From contig JAGFNW010000027.1 in assembly GCA_017592665.1 (NCBI GenBank), forward strand, positions 28,264 to 92,263: a DNA stretch of 64,000 nucleotides, in the 5' to 3' direction. The notes under the pieces are model-generated. The model searched no databases. It was not told the origin of the DNA and was given only the letters and a program-made list of their open reading frames with translations. Positions 18,927-28,049 of the stretch are shown here, piece by piece. Source of the DNA: Streptosporangiaceae bacterium NEAU-GS5 (GTDB lineage Bacteria > Actinomycetota > Actinomycetes > Streptosporangiales > Streptosporangiaceae). Every line of letters begins with the position of its first letter. The stretch's first letter is position 1. The position numbers and the translations under genes are program-made.

Positions 18927-19523
18927 GTGCCGCCCACCAATCCGGCCCGGCGACGGGCTCTGACCGACGCCGCCATCGAGTTGGTGGCGGCATCGGGAGC
19001 GCACGGATTGACCCATCGCGCGGTCGAGCAGGCCGCCGGGCTGCCGACCGGGACCGCCTCGAACTACTACCGCAGCCGCGAGGCGCTGCTCGTGGCCACC
19101 GCGGAGCGCATCGTCGAACTGCACCTCGCCGACATGGAGCAGGCCGCCGACCGGCACGAAACGCCCGCGGATCTCGCCGGCCTGCTGACCGAGTCGCTGC
19201 TCACCGCGGCCACCACGCTCAGGACCCGCTATCTCGCGATCTTCGAGCTCCAGTTGGAGGCGACGCGGCGGCCGGCGCTCGCCTCGGCTCTCGCCGGGCT
19301 GCAGGACGCCTCCACGCGGTTCACCGTGGGCCACCACCAGGGCCTCGGCCTCGCCGTACCGCCGGAAAGAGTCCCCGTCCTGATCGCGCTCTACGGCGGC
19401 GCGCTCTTCACGCTGGTCACCGCACCTCCCGAGCACATCGGCAGGGAAGCGGTCGAGAGCATCGTCGATGCCATGATCCACGGCGCCCTGCCACAATCGA
19501 ACAATGGTCGGAGCCATCATTGA
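18927..19523 (+). CDS. TetR/AcrR family transcriptional regulator
   Basis: GTG at 18927. HTH 'LTHRAVEQAAGLPTGTASNYYRSREALL', size about 198 aa. Confidence 0.85.
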   Translation: MPPTNPARRRALTDAAIELVAASGAHGLTHRAVEQAAGLPTGTASNYYRSREALLVATAERIVELHLADMEQAADRHETPADLAGLLTESLLTAATTLRTRYLAIFELQLEATRRPALASALAGLQDASTRFTVGHHQGLGLAVPPERVPVLIALYGGALFTLVTAPPEHIGREAVESIVDAMIHGALPQSNNGRSHH

Positions 19524-20493
19524 CAGATTGCTGGCGTCGCCGGAGCCCGCGATCCGCTGGAAGGTCCGCGCACGCGTGCTGGGCGAGCCGGCCGACGCCC
19601 CGGAGATGACGGCGTTACGGGAAGAGGTCCGCGGCTCATCCCTCGTGCGGCGGCTCCTCGCGTCGTTCGGGGCGAGCCCGCGGCCCGGGGCGTACGCCAA
19701 ATGGCAGGGCGCGCACTGGACGCTCGCCGCGCTCGCCGACCTCGGCCACCCGCCGGGCGACCAGGCACTGCACCCGTTGCGCGAGCAGGTGCTCGCCACC
19801 TGGCTGGACGGGACGTACTACCAGGACGTGGAGGTCGCCACCAAGGCGGCCGTCTACCGGCGCCCCGGCGTGCCGGTCATGCGCGGCCGGCACCGCGCGC
19901 ACGCGTCCCAGCAGGGCAACGCACTGTGGTTCCTGCAGGTCCTCGGCCTGGCCGACGACCGCTGCGCGGCCCTGGCCGAGCGGCTCCTGCACTGGCAGTG
20001 GCCCGACGGCGGCTGGAACTGCGACCGCGACCCCGCCGCCGACACCTCGTCGTTCTGCGAAACGCTGCTGCCGATGCGTGGCCTGTGGGCATACGGGACG
20101 TCACCGGCGAAGGCCGCCGCCCGCGCGGCGGCCGAGGTCTTCCTCGTACGGCGGCTGGCCTACCGGGCGAGCACCGGCGAGCTCATCCGGGCCGATTTCG
20201 CCAAGCTGCACTATCCGCTGTACTGGCACTACGACATCCTCGGCGGCCTCAAGGGCATGCTCGACCTCGGGCTGCTGGGCGACCCGCGCTGCGCCGACGC
20301 CCTCGACCTGCTCGAATCAATGATGGTCGCCGACGGCTGGCCGGCCACCGCCCGTTTCTATCGCACCTCGGACGAGATCGCCCTGCATCACGACCGCGTC
20401 GACTGGGGCGGCACGAGCACGCGGCGCGCCAACCCCTGGATCACGGCGGACGCCCTGGCGGTCCTGCGCGCCGCGGGCCGCCTCACTGTGTGA
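19504..20493 (+). CDS. hypothetical protein, possibly alpha/alpha-toroid (prenyltransferase/terpene-cyclase-like repeats)
   Basis: Aromatic-rich repeats 'LHWQWPDGGWNCDRD' and 'YPLYWHYDILGG' resemble QW-type repeats. Overlaps the TetR stop by 20 nt. Weak assignment. Confidence 0.45.
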   Translation: MVGAIIDRLLASPEPAIRWKVRARVLGEPADAPEMTALREEVRGSSLVRRLLASFGASPRPGAYAKWQGAHWTLAALADLGHPPGDQALHPLREQVLATWLDGTYYQDVEVATKAAVYRRPGVPVMRGRHRAHASQQGNALWFLQVLGLADDRCAALAERLLHWQWPDGGWNCDRDPAADTSSFCETLLPMRGLWAYGTSPAKAAARAAAEVFLVRRLAYRASTGELIRADFAKLHYPLYWHYDILGGLKGMLDLGLLGDPRCADALDLLESMMVADGWPATARFYRTSDEIALHHDRVDWGGTSTRRANPWITADALAVLRAAGRLTV

Positions 20494-20968
20494 CCAGCCA
20501 CGCGCGCGCCTGATCGAGATGCGCGCCCGTCAGCCCGACCCCCGGATCGACCTTGACCAGCAGGAACTCCCCCACGCCTGGATGCTCGGCCAGATACTGC
20601 TGGTCGGCGGGCTGATGGGCGTCGTCGAACCAGACGAACGGCCGCCCCTTGACGTACGCGGCGACGGCGTACGCTTTGGGCTCCCTGCCGACCTCGATGA
20701 CCGGGAGATTCGGCAGGCCGATCCGCGGCCCGATCTCCTCGTTGGCCTTGTCCTCCCAGGTCGTGGCCCACACCAGCTGGGCGTCGGTGTCATGGGCCAA
20801 GGCGAGCAGCGCGCGGCCGTGCCGGCGGTTGAGATTCAGCCGGTAGGTCTCGCCGCCGACGGCCACCTCATGACGGCGGAACCCGCGAGAGCGGCGAAAG
20901 GGATTGAGCACGCCATCGACGTCGATGAGCGCGAGTGGAATGACATCCCGGTCGGCCACGGTCACCAC
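20483..20968 (-). CDS. HAD-like hydrolase family protein
   Basis: N-terminal HAD motif I 'IDVDGVLNPF', about 160 aa. Confidence 0.55.
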   Translation of the reverse strand: MVTVADRDVIPLALIDVDGVLNPFRRSRGFRRHEVAVGGETYRLNLNRRHGRALLALAHDTDAQLVWATTWEDKANEEIGPRIGLPNLPVIEVGREPKAYAVAAYVKGRPFVWFDDAHQPADQQYLAEHPGVGEFLLVKVDPGVGLTGAHLDQARAWLVTQ

Positions 20969-21402
20969 GCCAGTTTCGGCAGATTGACGACGATGGCCTC
21001 CTGACTCGAGCGCGCGATGACCACGACGGCCTCGGTGTCCGGGTCGGGGTTCTCCTCGCGGTGCGGCACGAACGGCGGGACGAAGATGTAGTCCCCCGGC
21101 TTGGTGTCGATCCGGATCTCCCGCGGCTCCTCACCCTCGACGTCGAGGAAGACGAACGACGGGGTGCCGCTCACGATGTAGATGGCCGTCTCGCTGTCGC
21201 CGTGGTGGTGGTTGGCCGACATCGTCGCCGGCGCGACGTGCGTCTGGCCCATCCAGAGCCGCGTCGAGCCCACGCTCGCCCCGCTGATGGCGGCCCGCCG
21301 GAACATGCCGGACGTCTGCGCCGTCTCGTCGTTGAGCCCGGCCGGCGCGATGTGGTGCAGCCGTCGGTGGAAGGGGTCCTGCGGCAGATGAAGCTCTGTC
21401 AT
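20962..21402 (-). CDS. cupin domain protein
   Basis: Cupin motifs 'HHHGDSETAIYIVSG' and 'GDYIFVPPFVPH'. ATG at 21402. An AT-rich promoter patch follows at 21403-21590. Confidence 0.75.
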   Translation of the reverse strand: MTELHLPQDPFHRRLHHIAPAGLNDETAQTSGMFRRAAISGASVGSTRLWMGQTHVAPATMSANHHHGDSETAIYIVSGTPSFVFLDVEGEEPREIRIDTKPGDYIFVPPFVPHREENPDPDTEAVVVIARSSQEAIVVNLPKLAW

Positions 21403-21593
21403 GTCTGCAGTATTAGCACTCTGGTCAGCCCGATATGGCATGAGGTTCAATGTGCGTACGGCGCGGTCCATCGCCGAGCCCTCAGGCCTGTCCCCAACCA
21501 GGCCATAAATGGGCGAAGGGGGGCATACTCCCGGGCTGAGACTCTGCTGAGACGTCACCGAGCCGGTGTTGGGGACGGCGGACGGAGACGCTC

Positions 21594-22187
21594 ATGCCAA
21601 GCAACAAGGATCTCAAGCGCCTGGTCCGGGAGCGGATGGCCGCCACGGGCGAGCTGTACACCCAGGCCCTCACCCACATCCTTCAGGAAGAACCGCTGCG
21701 ACCCCTTCCCTCGCCCTGGTTCCTCACCGGAAGCCGCTCGGACGAATACGAGATCGGCCTCGTCGAGCAGTCCGTAGTACGGCTCCGCCTGCGTGCCGGG
21801 GTCGAGCACGCGTCCGGGTTCGGCGCGCTGATGCAGAGCATCTCGGCCCGGCGTCACCTCGGCGGCCGGGTGCGGTTCGCGGCGCGGATGCGCGCCTACG
21901 AGGTCAGCACCTGGGCGGGCCTCTGGCTGCGGATCGACAGCCGCGACGAGGCGCTGGCCCTGGACAACATGCAGGATCGCCCGCTGCGCGGCACCGCCGA
22001 CTGGACGCTCATGGAGATCGTCCTGGAGGTGCCGGAAGAGGCCACCTCGCTGCACTTCGGTGCGCTGCTGACCGGGCCGGGCGCGATCGACCTCACCGAT
22101 CTCGAGCTCCACGCGACCGATCAGGAGATCACGACCCGCGAGTCGACCCTGCCCGAAGAGCCGCAGAACCTCACCTTCCAAGCCTGA
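21594..22187 (+). CDS. hypothetical protein with N-terminal 'KRLVRERMAATGELY' motif
   Basis: 197 aa, no recognised domain. The N-terminal 30 aa resemble the N-terminus of the protein at 15761. Confidence 0.5.
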   Translation: MPSNKDLKRLVRERMAATGELYTQALTHILQEEPLRPLPSPWFLTGSRSDEYEIGLVEQSVVRLRLRAGVEHASGFGALMQSISARRHLGGRVRFAARMRAYEVSTWAGLWLRIDSRDEALALDNMQDRPLRGTADWTLMEIVLEVPEEATSLHFGALLTGPGAIDLTDLELHATDQEITTRESTLPEEPQNLTFQA

Positions 22188-22234
22188 CGGCCTTGTAACC
22201 GCGCCGGGTCCCGCGGAACCCGGCGCGGTCGCGG

Positions 22235-23317
22235 CTAGAACACCACCACAGAGCGCAGCACGTCGCCGTGGTGCATCTTGGTGAACGCCGCCTCGACCTC
22301 GTCGAGCGCGATCGTCTCCGACACGAACGCTTCCAGGTCGAGCCGTCCCTGCCGGTAGAGGTCGATCAGCATCGGGAAGTCGCGCGTGGGCAGGCAGTCG
22401 CCGTACCAGGACGACTTCAGCGCCCCGCCACGGCCGAACACGTCCAGCAGCGGCAGCTCCAGCTTCATGTCCGGCGTCGGCACCCCGACGAGGACCACGG
22501 TGCCGGCCAGGTCGCGGGCGTAGAAGGCCTGCGTGTACGTCTCGGGGCGGCCCACCGCCTCCACCACCACATCGGCGCCGAATCCGCCGGTCAGCTCGCG
22601 GATCGCCTCGACCGGGTCGATCCGGGAGGAGTTGATCGTGTGCGTGGCGCCGAGGCTCCTGGCCCAGTCGAGCTTGCGGTCGTCGATGTCCACCGCGATG
22701 ATCTTGGCGGCGCCGGCCAGCCGGGCCCCGGCGACGGCCGCGTTGCCGACCCCGCCGCACCCGATCACCGCGACGCTGTCGCCCCTGCTCACCCCGCCGG
22801 TGTTCATGGCGGCGCCGAACCCGGCCATCACTCCACAGCCGAGCAGCCCGGCCACCGCCGGGCTCGCGTCGGCGTCCACCTTCGTGCACTGACCCGCGGC
22901 GACCAGCGTCTTCTCGACGAACGCCCCGATCCCCAGCGCCGGCGACAGCACGGTGCCGTCCTCAAGCGTCATCTTCTGCTTGGCGTTGTGGGTGGCGAAG
23001 CAGTACCAGGGACGGCCCCGCAGGCACGCGCGGCACTGCCCGCACACGGCCCGCCAGTTGAGGACCACGAAGTCACCCGGCTCCAGCCCGCTGACCCCCT
23101 CCCCCACGGCCTCGACCACCCCGGCCGCCTCGTGCCCCAGCAGGAACGGGAACTCGTCGTTGATGCCGCCTTCCCGGTAGTGCAGGTCGGTGTGGCAGAC
23201 CCCGCAGGCCTGCACCTGCACCACGGCCTCCCCCGGTCCTGGATCGGGGATCAGGATGGTCTCGATCGAGACGGGCTCTCCCTTGGCCTTGGCCACCACA
23301 CCGCGTACTCGCTGCAT
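22235..23317 (-). CDS. class III Zn-dependent alcohol dehydrogenase / mycothiol-dependent formaldehyde dehydrogenase
   Basis: 'CGVCHTDLH' catalytic Zn site, '[15 protein letters not shown]' structural Zn site, Rossmann '[12 protein letters not shown]'. 360 aa is typical of the actinobacterial S-(hydroxymethyl)mycothiol dehydrogenase. Confidence 0.85.
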   Translation of the reverse strand: MQRVRGVVAKAKGEPVSIETILIPDPGPGEAVVQVQACGVCHTDLHYREGGINDEFPFLLGHEAAGVVEAVGEGVSGLEPGDFVVLNWRAVCGQCRACLRGRPWYCFATHNAKQKMTLEDGTVLSPALGIGAFVEKTLVAAGQCTKVDADASPAVAGLLGCGVMAGFGAAMNTGGVSRGDSVAVIGCGGVGNAAVAGARLAGAAKIIAVDIDDRKLDWARSLGATHTINSSRIDPVEAIRELTGGFGADVVVEAVGRPETYTQAFYARDLAGTVVLVGVPTPDMKLELPLLDVFGRGGALKSSWYGDCLPTRDFPMLIDLYRQGRLDLEAFVSETIALDEVEAAFTKMHHGDVLRSVVVF

Positions 23318-23389
23318 CGCTGTTCTTCCTCATCGATGGTGATAGGACCCGCATGATCGCCCGGATGCGGACGAATGGCAAGCGTAGCC

Positions 23390-24106
23390 CTATCGTCTGC
23401 GGGCGAGGACGAGACGGCAGCGGGGGGTGCCGTCGTCGCGGTGGCCGAGGGCCGTCAGCGGGGCCGTCGTCACGGTGAATCCGGTCAGCGTCAGGTCGTC
23501 GCGGAGCGCGTGCAGCGAGCACGTGCCGTAGTACATGACGAACGGGGGCCGCCAGACGGCGTTCCGCACCTGCATGGCCAGGTCGAATCCCACCATGGCC
23601 CAGTAGGCGGCCGAGGTGACGGGCGGCGGCGCGGCGACCGGGAAGGCGAACAGGCCGCCCGGCCGTAAGGCGCGATAGACGCCGGCGAAGAGCGCCGGGC
23701 GCTCGGCCGGCAGGAAGTGCCCGAGCGCGCCGAAGCTGACCGCGAGGTCGAACTCCTCGGCGAAGGGCAGGTCGCGTACGTCGGCCTGCACCCATCGGGC
23801 GTCCGGGTGCGCCTGGCGCGCCTCCGCGAGCATGCCGGCGCTGAAGTCGACGCCCGAGATCTGTCCCTGGCATAACGGCCCGAGGGTGCGCAGGCCCGCG
23901 CCGGTGCCGCAGCACACGTCCAGCGCCTGCTCGAACGGCCCGAGTGGGCGCAGCGCGTCGGTGGTCGCGTCGAGAATGCGGTCGGGAGTGCGGAAAGGCG
24001 TGTGCTCGAACTTCGGCGCGAGCAGGTCGTAGCCGCGCTCCACCGAGGACAGCGCCTGGACCATGAGCTCACGCAGCGAGGGGCCTTGAGGCGAGAACAC
24101 CAACAA
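23390..24106 (-). CDS. class I SAM-dependent methyltransferase
   Basis: Motif I 'ALDVCCGTGAG', post-I acidic 'VDFS', motif 'LRPGGLFAF'. Confidence 0.8.
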   Translation of the reverse strand: MLVFSPQGPSLRELMVQALSSVERGYDLLAPKFEHTPFRTPDRILDATTDALRPLGPFEQALDVCCGTGAGLRTLGPLCQGQISGVDFSAGMLAEARQAHPDARWVQADVRDLPFAEEFDLAVSFGALGHFLPAERPALFAGVYRALRPGGLFAFPVAAPPPVTSAAYWAMVGFDLAMQVRNAVWRPPFVMYYGTCSLHALRDDLTLTGFTVTTAPLTALGHRDDGTPRCRLVLARRR

Positions 24107-24178
24107 AGGTTACTTCTCGGGCTTGAGGAGAGGGGTCGCGTGCTCCACCATGGGTCCCGCGTCGGGAAGGCGGCGGGG

Positions 24179-24682
24179 GTGGCCATTGCGGGGTTGATCG
24201 GCCGGGTGGTGACCAACGTGCACTGGTCGACCGGCGGCCTGCTCTGGTATCAGACGGACTGGATGGGCGACGACTACACCGAGAAAGACCTGCTCACCGC
24301 CGCGTCGGGCATTCACCCGGAGCTTCACGTTCAGCAGTCGGGACACGGAGGCCTGTTTCCTGACTGGCCGTTCAACGTGCCGGCGGGCATCGGCTGGGTG
24401 GCCGGCGCCGCGTGGGTCGTCACGCTCCTGCTGATGTTGAACACTCCGGAGCCGCGTTACGCCAACCGCTGGGCCTGGTTCTGGATGTTCACGGTCGGAC
24501 AGGCCGGCGCGATCCTGTTCCTGCTGCTCGAGCCGCGCTCCCTCTGGTATGGCACGCAGCCGCAGGCTCCGAGGCCGACACGCATGAGCGGCGGCAACGG
24601 CTGCCTCACCTCGATCCTGCTGGGCATCGTCACAAGCGTCTCATTGGCGCTGTTCGCCAAGGGAATCGAGTGGTTCTACTAA
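24179..24682 (+). CDS. hypothetical membrane protein
   Basis: Trp-rich N-terminus followed by 3-4 hydrophobic helices. Start uncertain (GTG 24140 or 24179). Confidence 0.45.
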   Translation: MAIAGLIGRVVTNVHWSTGGLLWYQTDWMGDDYTEKDLLTAASGIHPELHVQQSGHGGLFPDWPFNVPAGIGWVAGAAWVVTLLLMLNTPEPRYANRWAWFWMFTVGQAGAILFLLLEPRSLWYGTQPQAPRPTRMSGGNGCLTSILLGIVTSVSLALFAKGIEWFY

Positions 24683-24699
24683 GTCCGACTTGGCCACGC

Positions 24700-26397
24700 T
24701 CAGCGGCGGCCGGCGCGGATGGCGATGCGGTCGAGATAGAAGCCCTGCGCGAGGGCCAGCGCCAGCGCGGCGAGCACCACGACCGTGGCCGGTAAGGCGA
24801 GGTTGACCGGCGCCTGGCTGGACACGGCGAGCTGCTCCGACGACAACAGCAGCGCCACCGGACCGGTGAGCCGATCGGGCTCGCTGCCGACCAGGAGCGG
24901 CCACGTCAGGTCTTGCGCCTGGACCAGCCAGGTGAGGCCGCCCAGCAGCGCCAGCAGCGGCAGACCCGGGATGAGCGTGCGGACGAAGGCGTCGCCCGGC
25001 GCGACCCCCTGGGCGACCAGCTCCTGGCTGCGGCGCTGCTGACCCCTGAAGAACAGCGTGAACACGAACAGCGCCGGAATCGCGATCGCGACCGGCGGGA
25101 TGAGCCCGAAGAACGTGTTCAGCCGCTCGGCCTGCTGCGCGCTCTGCCATTTGGCGAGCGCCAGTGGGCCGATGCCGACGAACAGCCACGGCGCGAACGG
25201 CAGCAGCAGCAACTCGCTGAGGCGGCCGAGCGGCCGCAGCGCGCCGATCGCGAACCCGGCCAGCGCGGCGAGGCCGACGCCGATGATCGCGGAGATCAGC
25301 GTCGGCCCCCACGTGTTGAGTGCGATGGTGCCGGACGACGCCGCCGCGGGCAGGTCGCCGCCGGACCCGCTGATGCTGCGCGACAGCGCCGGCCAGATCC
25401 CGCGCCAGGCGAAGAACATCACGATGATCAGCCCGAGGCCGCCGAGGATCAACGCGATGCTCCGGCCGCTCGACCAGACGGGAGTCTCGTCGGCCGATCG
25501 CGCCGTCGGGTCGAACTCCACGCGGAGGCCGCTGAGGATGATCACGAGGGTCGCCACGACGCCGAGCAGTGCGAGCACGAGCAGGACGATGGTCGACACG
25601 GCCGCCCCGGCCCCGGGCCGCAGGATCCGGAAGCCGAAGTCGAACATGTCGAGCATGGGCGTCATCGTGGAGCGATTGGGCCCGCCGTTGGTGACGACGA
25701 ACGGGAACACGAACTCCTGCACCGCGATGGCCGGCGCCGCGATCACGCCGAGCCCGGTCACCACCAGCAGCCCCGGCCAGATCGGCCTGCCCGGCTCCCG
25801 CCGGCGCAGCGCCGCGAGATAGAGCGTGACGCCGACGCCGCACACCAGCCCGAACGTCGTGCCCCACGCCGCGCCGAGCAGCGCGCCGGGAGCGGTGACC
25901 GGGTCGGAGATGAGCCGCCGCGCGTCGCCATTCGGGTCGAACAGGTCGAGCCGCCAGCTCACGGCCAGCGCCGTCGAGGCCACGCCCACCACCATCGGCA
26001 CCGCGAACGCGATCCGGATCACCCAGCGGCTCGCCTGGCCGGCCAGGTGCGCCGCGAAGGCCAGCAGCGGAGCGGCGATGAGGAACGTGAGCAACGGCAG
26101 CAGGCAGAACGACAGCGCGAACGCGAAGTCGTGGAACGCGCGCGTGCCGATCGCGGAGTAGTTGCTGGTGCCGACCGAGCGCGCGGTGCCGCTGACCAGA
26201 TTCACGTCCTGGAAGCTGGTGCGCACCGTCCAGATGGTGGGCCCGAGGTAGCTCCAATAGAGCGCGAGCAGAGCCGGCAGCAGCAGGGCCAGCGCGACGA
26301 CGACCCGCCCGGCTCCCGAACCGCCCCCGGAGGGCGGCGGCGGTTGCGGTGAAACCGGTCGCGGCTGGTCAGGCTGCGGCTGCGGGAACGGTTGCAT
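24700..26397 (-). CDS. carbohydrate ABC transporter permease, fused double (MalF/MalG-like) domains, Pro-rich N-terminus
   Basis: 565 aa, about 12 TM. EAA-like loop regions and 'FVFPFVVTNGGPNRSTMTPML', characteristic of CUT1 sugar permeases. No ATPase or solute-binding protein gene is adjacent. Confidence 0.75.
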   Translation of the reverse strand: MQPFPQPQPDQPRPVSPQPPPPSGGGSGAGRVVVALALLLPALLALYWSYLGPTIWTVRTSFQDVNLVSGTARSVGTSNYSAIGTRAFHDFAFALSFCLLPLLTFLIAAPLLAFAAHLAGQASRWVIRIAFAVPMVVGVASTALAVSWRLDLFDPNGDARRLISDPVTAPGALLGAAWGTTFGLVCGVGVTLYLAALRRREPGRPIWPGLLVVTGLGVIAAPAIAVQEFVFPFVVTNGGPNRSTMTPMLDMFDFGFRILRPGAGAAVSTIVLLVLALLGVVATLVIILSGLRVEFDPTARSADETPVWSSGRSIALILGGLGLIIVMFFAWRGIWPALSRSISGSGGDLPAAASSGTIALNTWGPTLISAIIGVGLAALAGFAIGALRPLGRLSELLLLPFAPWLFVGIGPLALAKWQSAQQAERLNTFFGLIPPVAIAIPALFVFTLFFRGQQRRSQELVAQGVAPGDAFVRTLIPGLPLLALLGGLTWLVQAQDLTWPLLVGSEPDRLTGPVALLLSSEQLAVSSQAPVNLALPATVVVLAALALALAQGFYLDRIAIRAGRR

Positions 26398-26717
26398 CGA
26401 GATCCCTCTGCTACGCGTAGGGGTCGGTCGCCGATCAGTGCCAGGCCATCATCCCCGATGTCACTGACAGAAAGTCAGGAATTCGAAACGACCGACGTCA
26501 CCCGAGGCTCACGTCGCGGTCACGCTCGTCGGCTGGGCGTCGTCCCCACGCCTGGCGTGCCGATATCGGACGTCCTCCGGGACGCGGCCGCCGGATCGAC
26601 CCGCCTGCTGATCGTGGACGACTGCGAGCACATGATCGCGGACGCCGCGGAGCTGATCGCCGGCCTGAACGCGTTTGTGTCGTCCGGGAGTGGCAGTCTG
26701 CGGGGAGGAGGAATCGC

Positions 26718-28049
26718 GTGATCCTGGATCTGTTCTATCTGCTCGGCGCCGCGGTGCTGATCGCCGCGAACGCGGTTTTCGTCGCCGCGGAGTTCTCCCT
26801 GGTCACGGTCGAGCGCGCGCAGGTGGCCGAGCTCGCCGAAGCCGGCGACCGGGGCGCCCAGGGCATGCAGTCGGCGCTGCGCCGGCTGTCGTTCCACCTG
26901 TCGGGGGCGCAGCTCGGCATCACGATCACCTCGCTGCTGCTGGGGGTCCTCGCGGAGCCTGCCATCGCCGACCTGATCCGCCCGGCGTTCACCGCGATGG
27001 GCCTGCCGGAGGGGCTCGGCACCTCGGTCGCCGCCACCCTGGCGCTGTTCATCGCGACCGTGATCCAGATGATCCTCGGCGAACTCGTGCCGAAGAACGC
27101 AGCCCTGGCCAAACCCCTGCTCGTGGCCCGGCTGTCGATCCCGCCGCAACGGGTCTTCTCGGCCGTGTTCTCGCCTCTCATCCGGGCCTGCAACGCCACC
27201 GCCAACGCCATCGTGCGCGTCTTCGGCGCCGAGCCCCAAGACGAGCTCGCGTCGGCCCGTTCGCCCGACGAGCTGAGCCTGCTCGTGCGGCTGTCGGCCG
27301 AGGCCGGGGCGCTGCCGCCCAGCACGGCGGCCATGCTGCGCCGCGCCCTGCGCTTCGGCGACAAGACCGCGGGCGAGGCCATGACGCCGAGGACCTTCTG
27401 CGTGACCGTGCCCGAGCTCGCCACCGTCGCCGACTTCCTTGACGTGGCCTCACGCGAGCGGCATCTGCGGCTGCCGGTCGTCGGGGCGGAGGTGGACGAC
27501 ATCGTGGGCATCGCCGCGCTGCCCGGGGCGTACGCGATCGACGAGGCGGCGCGATCATCGACGCCGGTGACCCAGATCGTGCGGCACCCGGTGCGGGTGC
27601 CCGAGTCTGTGGCGCTGACCACGGTGCAGGAGCAGCTGATCGACGCCGACGCCGAGATGGCGGTCGTGGTCGACGAATATGGGGGATTCGCCGGCGTCAT
27701 CACCATTGAAGACCTTGCCGAAGAGCTGGTCGGCGAACTGGCCGACGAGTATGACCTTCCCGAAGAGGATTCGGCCGCGCCGGAGCCCGCACGACTCGCC
27801 CCCGAGACGTCCGTCGCCCTCCCCGCTCTGCTACGGGCCGACGAGGTGGAGGAGCGGACCGGTTTCCGGATGCCGGAGGGACCCTATGAGACGTTGGCCG
27901 GATTGGTGATCGCTCACCTCGGCCGCCTGGCCGAGCGCGGAGACGAGGTCGCCGTCGCCGGCTGGACCTTGCGGGTCGACTCGGTGCGCGGCCATCGGAT
28001 CGACCAGATCTCGCTGACCGCTCCCCGACGCGAAGGAGAGACGTCGTGA
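26718..28049 (+). CDS. hemolysin-family CNNM (DUF21)-CBS-CorC/HlyC transporter-associated protein
   Basis: GTG preceded by a strong RBS GGAGGAGG. N-terminal DUF21 TM domain 'AEFSLVTVERAQVAELAE', CBS pair and a CorC_HlyC C-terminus. Confidence 0.85.
   Translation: MILDLFYLLGAAVLIAANAVFVAAEFSLVTVERAQVAELAEAGDRGAQGMQSALRRLSFHLSGAQLGITITSLLLGVLAEPAIADLIRPAFTAMGLPEGLGTSVAATLALFIATVIQMILGELVPKNAALAKPLLVARLSIPPQRVFSAVFSPLIRACNATANAIVRVFGAEPQDELASARSPDELSLLVRLSAEAGALPPSTAAMLRRALRFGDKTAGEAMTPRTFCVTVPELATVADFLDVASRERHLRLPVVGAEVDDIVGIAALPGAYAIDEAARSSTPVTQIVRHPVRVPESVALTTVQEQLIDADAEMAVVVDEYGGFAGVITIEDLAEELVGELADEYDLPEEDSAAPEPARLAPETSVALPALLRADEVEERTGFRMPEGPYETLAGLVIAHLGRLAERGDEVAVAGWTLRVDSVRGHRIDQISLTAPRREGETS

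Noticed and set aside
17721-19799. 692-aa minus-strand ORF
   Set aside because: Only 17721-18872 encodes the FAD monooxygenase; GTG 18872 gives the GxGxxG start. The extension runs antisense through the TetR gene.
21555-22889. 444-aa minus-strand ORF spanning the 21594 gene and part of the ADH gene
   Set aside because: It is antisense to one real gene and off-frame to another, with an Arg/Gly-rich translation.
24641-26257. 538-aa minus-strand ORF overlapping the ABC permease in another frame
   Set aside because: The 24700-26397 frame carries the permease signature and the hydrophobic TM pattern. This frame is Arg/Asp/Gly-rich.
26392-26721. 109-aa ORF in the CNNM leader
   Set aside because: The first half shows no GC3 bias (cga gat tct gct acg ...). 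It is treated as non-coding leader. It is kept only as a possible regulatory region, in the findings.
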